This document shows positions 13,461-16,470 of a stretch of DNA of 16,470 nt, piece after piece. This DNA is from an uncultured Eubacteriales bacterium (GTDB taxonomy: Bacteria > Bacillota > Clostridia > TANB77 > RGIG9151): positions 1 to 16,470 of the forward strand of contig CAZXFU010000029.1 of the NCBI GenBank assembly GCA_964640345.1, read 5' to 3'. The position numbers and the translations under genes were made by a program. Below the pieces are notes generated by a model, which was not told the origin of the DNA, made no database searches, and saw only the letters and a list, made by a program, of their open reading frames with translations. The first letter of the stretch is position 1. The number at the start of each line of letters is the position of its first letter.

Positions 13461-15254
13461 TCAAAATTTATTCCCGTTATCCTTTTTATCTGTTGGCTTT
13501 GCCTTTTTCCAAACAGAATCGTTGTTTTTTTCCTTTGGCTTAGGTCCACTGCTTGCTCTACCTGATGAAAAATCAGCAGTTCCACCATAAAAACTATTTT
13601 GTGAAACTTTATTATCAGATGTGATTCCCTGGGTTCTATTAGCCGTGCCATTTCTCCATGTTGACGTACTTTGAATACTGTTATTTATCTTACTTCCAAT
13701 AGATATACTGCTGTTTTTCGTAGCAAATTCACTGGCACTGCCATTCTGCCATGCCCTTCTGTGACTTCCGATTTCAATATTACTACTCTTTTCTCTATGG
13801 GAACCAATCATAATATTTTTATTTCTTGTAACATCATTAGATGTACTAACTCTATTATACATATTCAAATTAGGATTCCTATTAGTAATAGTTCCAGCGA
13901 CAGCAGGTTTTAAGCCGTTCTCTGCTGATTTAAGCCCACTTCCTCTTAACGCCTTCATTCCCATGTTCTTTGCAGACATCATAAAACCAAAACCAGCCTG
14001 AGCATTAGCAGATTCAGAATAAGAAGCCTGAACATTTAATATTTGCATAAGAAGCGAATTAGATTTATAAATAGCAAATGCTCCACCTACAATAAATAAT
14101 ACTTTAAGTCCCATATTAACGAAGTTAACAGATGAAAGTTCTAAATTGGAGCTCATAATTATAGGTACAAGAATAATATAAATTTTCATTCCTATTAACA
14201 TTCCAAAACCTGAAAACAGTTTCGCAATAAACATATTACGCCATTCATTAAATTTAGCGCCATCATCTAAAGGAATTGTTGCAACAAAAAACGGTGATGC
14301 AATATACAAAAGTAATACTTCAAAAATTCTTGTAATAAAAACAAATGTACAAATTATAAGCATAATTAACACAAAAAGTGCCATAAACAATCCTAAAACC
14401 GTTTTAACCTGTACAATATTAAAATCGCTCATTACATCCCCGGGATTCCAGTAGTTTTTCTTTCCTGAATAATAATCCGCTCTGACACCATCTGTAAAAC
14501 CTGCAATAGTTCCGCTACTATTATTATTTTTTAGTGCCTCTGCCATTTCTGCCGAGCTCATCTCTCCTGCCGTGTTTTCTTCTGCTTCTAAAGTCGAGGC
14601 TAAAAACAACACAGTACCAAGAGACGGTGTATCCATTCCTACACTCATAGAAAGAATTTCATTAGTCTTTTTTATAACAACATTAGTCATATTAAGTGCA
14701 AACAATGTAAAAAAAGGAACAATCAAAAACGTAAGTCCTGTCTTTAATATAGAACCAATAACCTTTCCGACGGGTCTTTTACCCTCTAAATCTGTTGTAG
14801 ACCTCATAACGGCAATTATTCCAAAAACAATTGAAACCGAAAAAGCAAGTAGCGTAATCGACCAAAATATTTTTGAAACACCGGAATTAGTAAAAAATAC
14901 ATTAAGCAAGAAATCACTGCTTCTTTGACCATTCTTAACTACAGTAATATCACTTACACCACCAAAAATATTAAAAGCATACTCTAAAATGTCTATAATC
15001 CTCAAAACCGCCACATACAAATAATACGTTCTTATATGTATCCACGCTAAAAATAAATCCCCGATAAGTCCAAGTATCGGCTCAACAAGTGATTTAAAGA
15101 AAGGACCCAATACAGGAATAAGTACATCATTTATAACAGTATTAAGTACCGTAGATATTACTTTACCAATCGCATCAGTAACAGGTGTTACAACAGCATC
15201 ATAAATTGCACCTGTTATATCTTTAATACTTATAAGCGGTAAAAACTTAAACAT
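13461..15254 (-). CDS. Polytopic membrane protein, putative VirB6/TrbL-analog (paralog b) with long Ser/Asn/Gly-rich repetitive C-terminal tail
   Basis: 597 aa, GAGGTGA 5 nt upstream of the ATG. The core aligns with paralogs a and c (TRIFEVLLLYIASPFFVATIPLDDGAKFNEWRNMFIAKLFSGFG; LRIIDILEYAFNIFGG). About 190 aa of hydrophilic tail follow, with repeats IMIGSHR / NIEIGSHR / SISIGSK and WQNGSA / WRNGTA. Confidence 0.6.
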   Translation of the reverse strand: MFKFLPLISIKDITGAIYDAVVTPVTDAIGKVISTVLNTVINDVLIPVLGPFFKSLVEPILGLIGDLFLAWIHIRTYYLYVAVLRIIDILEYAFNIFGGVSDITVVKNGQRSSDFLLNVFFTNSGVSKIFWSITLLAFSVSIVFGIIAVMRSTTDLEGKRPVGKVIGSILKTGLTFLIVPFFTLFALNMTNVVIKKTNEILSMSVGMDTPSLGTVLFLASTLEAEENTAGEMSSAEMAEALKNNNSSGTIAGFTDGVRADYYSGKKNYWNPGDVMSDFNIVQVKTVLGLFMALFVLIMLIICTFVFITRIFEVLLLYIASPFFVATIPLDDGAKFNEWRNMFIAKLFSGFGMLIGMKIYIILVPIIMSSNLELSSVNFVNMGLKVLFIVGGAFAIYKSNSLLMQILNVQASYSESANAQAGFGFMMSAKNMGMKALRGSGLKSAENGLKPAVAGTITNRNPNLNMYNRVSTSNDVTRNKNIMIGSHREKSSNIEIGSHRRAWQNGSASEFATKNSSISIGSKINNSIQSTSTWRNGTANRTQGITSDNKVSQNSFYGGTADFSSGRASSGPKPKEKNNDSVWKKAKPTDKKDNGNKF

Positions 15255-15276
15255 TCATCTCACCTCTTTATAAAAA

Positions 15277-16470
15277 TTATTTCTTCAAAATATTACCAAT
15301 AGATGACTTACTCCCCAAGCCACTTTTATTTCCAATACTACTTGTAAAATCATTTTTTAACGAATTAGACATATTATCTCCGCCACGAAACGCATTACTT
15401 CCTTTTTTATTGTTCTTACCACTATTACCGTCTTCATCTTCGCCTTTTAACACCATATTGCCAATAGATTTTCCCGCATCAAGTGCCATATTTTTAGCAT
15501 CCATAGCAAGTGTAGCCCCACCTGACGCCACTGCCTTAACAGCCACAGTACCATACTTTATTCCGGCTCTTACCGCACGAGTAGCAATTTCACTCGATAA
15601 TCCGGCTTCTTGATAAGCAGCGTTTATATTAACAATTTGAATAATAAGATTACCAGACTTATATGCAGCCCATAAACCACCTATAAGGAATAATGCTTTA
15701 ACTAGCGTATTCATAAGTGCACTGTCTGAAAAAACAACTCTGTCTGACATAACAATCGGAGAAATAATAAAGAACAATTTCATCACAATAACCATTCCAA
15801 AACCACCAAGCATTTTTGCAATAAACATTTTAACCCATTCTTTAAACTTAACCCCCCCATCAAGTACCACAGTTGCCACAAAAAATGGTGAAGTAATATA
15901 CAAAATCAGAACCTCAAATATCTTAACCACAAATACCAACGCACAAAGCACAATTATAAATATCATAACCGCACAAATAACAAACGCTAAAAAGTAATTT
16001 ATCTTTTCAATTGCAAAATCATTCATACCATCTAATGCATAATCTTTTTTACCGGATAAATATGATGCCCTTAGCTCATCGGTAAAAGTTGCATTACGAT
16101 TATATTCGTCATCCCTTGCCGCATCCATAGTAAGTGTAAGAAATGTAAGTGTTCCAAGACTTGCACTATTCTCCCCGCTTTGAGTGAGAGTAACAATTTC
16201 ACTTGTTTTCCTTAAAACAACAGATGAAAGATTAAGTAAAATTAGCGATAAGAAAGGTATCAAAAACAATGCAATCATAGCTTTAAAAGACATTCCTAAA
16301 ATCTGGCCATTAGTCTGTTTTACTTCTAAATTGCTCATATTTTTAATAATCGCAATAATTGTAAAGATAATTAAAATCGCTAATGCAATAAGCGTAACAG
16401 ACCAAAAAACTCTATTTATAACATTATTTCTGAAAAACACACTAAGTAAAAAATCTTTATTTCCATTATA
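15277..16470 (-). CDS. Polytopic membrane protein, putative VirB6/TrbL-analog (paralog c); N-terminus lies beyond the window
   Basis: The track begins it at GTG 16440, but the frame stays open to 16470. The extra residues YNGNKDFLLSVFFRNN align with paralog b NGQRSSDFLLNVFFTN, so the gene is truncated by the window. Core: VKIFEVLILYITSPFFVATVVLDGGVKFKEWVKMFIAKMLGGFG. The hydrophilic tail contains SIGN repeats. Confidence 0.6.
   Translation of the reverse strand, partial: YNGNKDFLLSVFFRNNVINRVFWSVTLIALAILIIFTIIAIIKNMSNLEVKQTNGQILGMSFKAMIALFLIPFLSLILLNLSSVVLRKTSEIVTLTQSGENSASLGTLTFLTLTMDAARDDEYNRNATFTDELRASYLSGKKDYALDGMNDFAIEKINYFLAFVICAVMIFIIVLCALVFVVKIFEVLILYITSPFFVATVVLDGGVKFKEWVKMFIAKMLGGFGMVIVMKLFFIISPIVMSDRVVFSDSALMNTLVKALFLIGGLWAAYKSGNLIIQIVNINAAYQEAGLSSEIATRAVRAGIKYGTVAVKAVASGGATLAMDAKNMALDAGKSIGNMVLKGEDEDGNSGKNNKKGSNAFRGGDNMSNSLKNDFTSSIGNKSGLGSKSSIGNILKK

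Noticed and set aside
13445-13651. Short minus-strand ORFs overlapping larger genes out of frame (13445-13651, 11213-11407, 7977-8222)
   Set aside because: Each is embedded in, or overlaps, the 3' or internal part of a longer gene that has paralog or motif support. None has an independent RBS or a recognisable domain.
1-16470. CRISPR arrays, tRNA/rRNA genes, IS elements, integrases/recombinases, toxin-antitoxin pairs
   Set aside because: I saw no regularly spaced direct repeats, no tRNA- or rRNA-like GC-rich structured segments, and no ORF with transposase or recombinase motifs. The non-coding space is too small to hide them.
11235-16470. Three paralogs arising from a recent duplication, an assembly artefact or phase-variable cassettes
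   Set aside because: Nucleotide alignment of the conserved blocks shows frequent substitutions. I saw no long identical stretches. Each copy has an intact frame, its own SD and a distinct terminus, so these are old, maintained paralogs rather than artefacts.

Overview
This is AT-rich DNA (roughly 30% GC by eye) of the low-GC Firmicutes/Clostridia type, standard genetic code. All 15 genes I can support lie on the minus strand. Most are separated by 25 bp or less, or overlap. In transcription order (high to low coordinates):

1. Three tandem paralogous polytopic membrane proteins (15277-16470, truncated by the window; 13461-15254; 11235-13436). The last carries a secreted N-terminal pair of CBM6/35-like beta-sandwich repeats.
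2. An 888-aa VirB4-type type IV secretion/conjugation ATPase with a fused VirB3/PrgI-like two-TM N-terminus.
3. Three tightly coupled genes: an orphan family-3 solute-binding lipoprotein, a CPBP (CAAX/Abi) intramembrane protease and a STAS anti-sigma-factor antagonist.
4. After a gap with a perfect 14-bp Fur-family-like palindrome, a small Cys-rich membrane protein, a znuA-znuC-znuB-type metal ABC importer and a CCxxD-motif lipoprotein.
5. A membrane-anchored hypothetical protein.
6. An intact pro-sigma-K gene (sigK).
7. A three-S1-domain RNA-binding protein.
8. The 5' part of a replication-relaxation-like winged-helix gene that runs off the window and is absent from the ORF track.

I saw no rRNA, tRNA, CRISPR array, transposase or integrase. 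The most unusual content is the atypical T4SS-like module: a triplicated putative channel subunit with a glycan-binding-like fusion, then VirB3-VirB4, followed directly by SBP/CPBP/STAS genes instead of the usual Gram-positive T4SS partners. All family assignments come from motif recognition and memory, not from searches. Several start codons in the ORF track appear over-extended, and I re-placed them using Shine-Dalgarno spacing.
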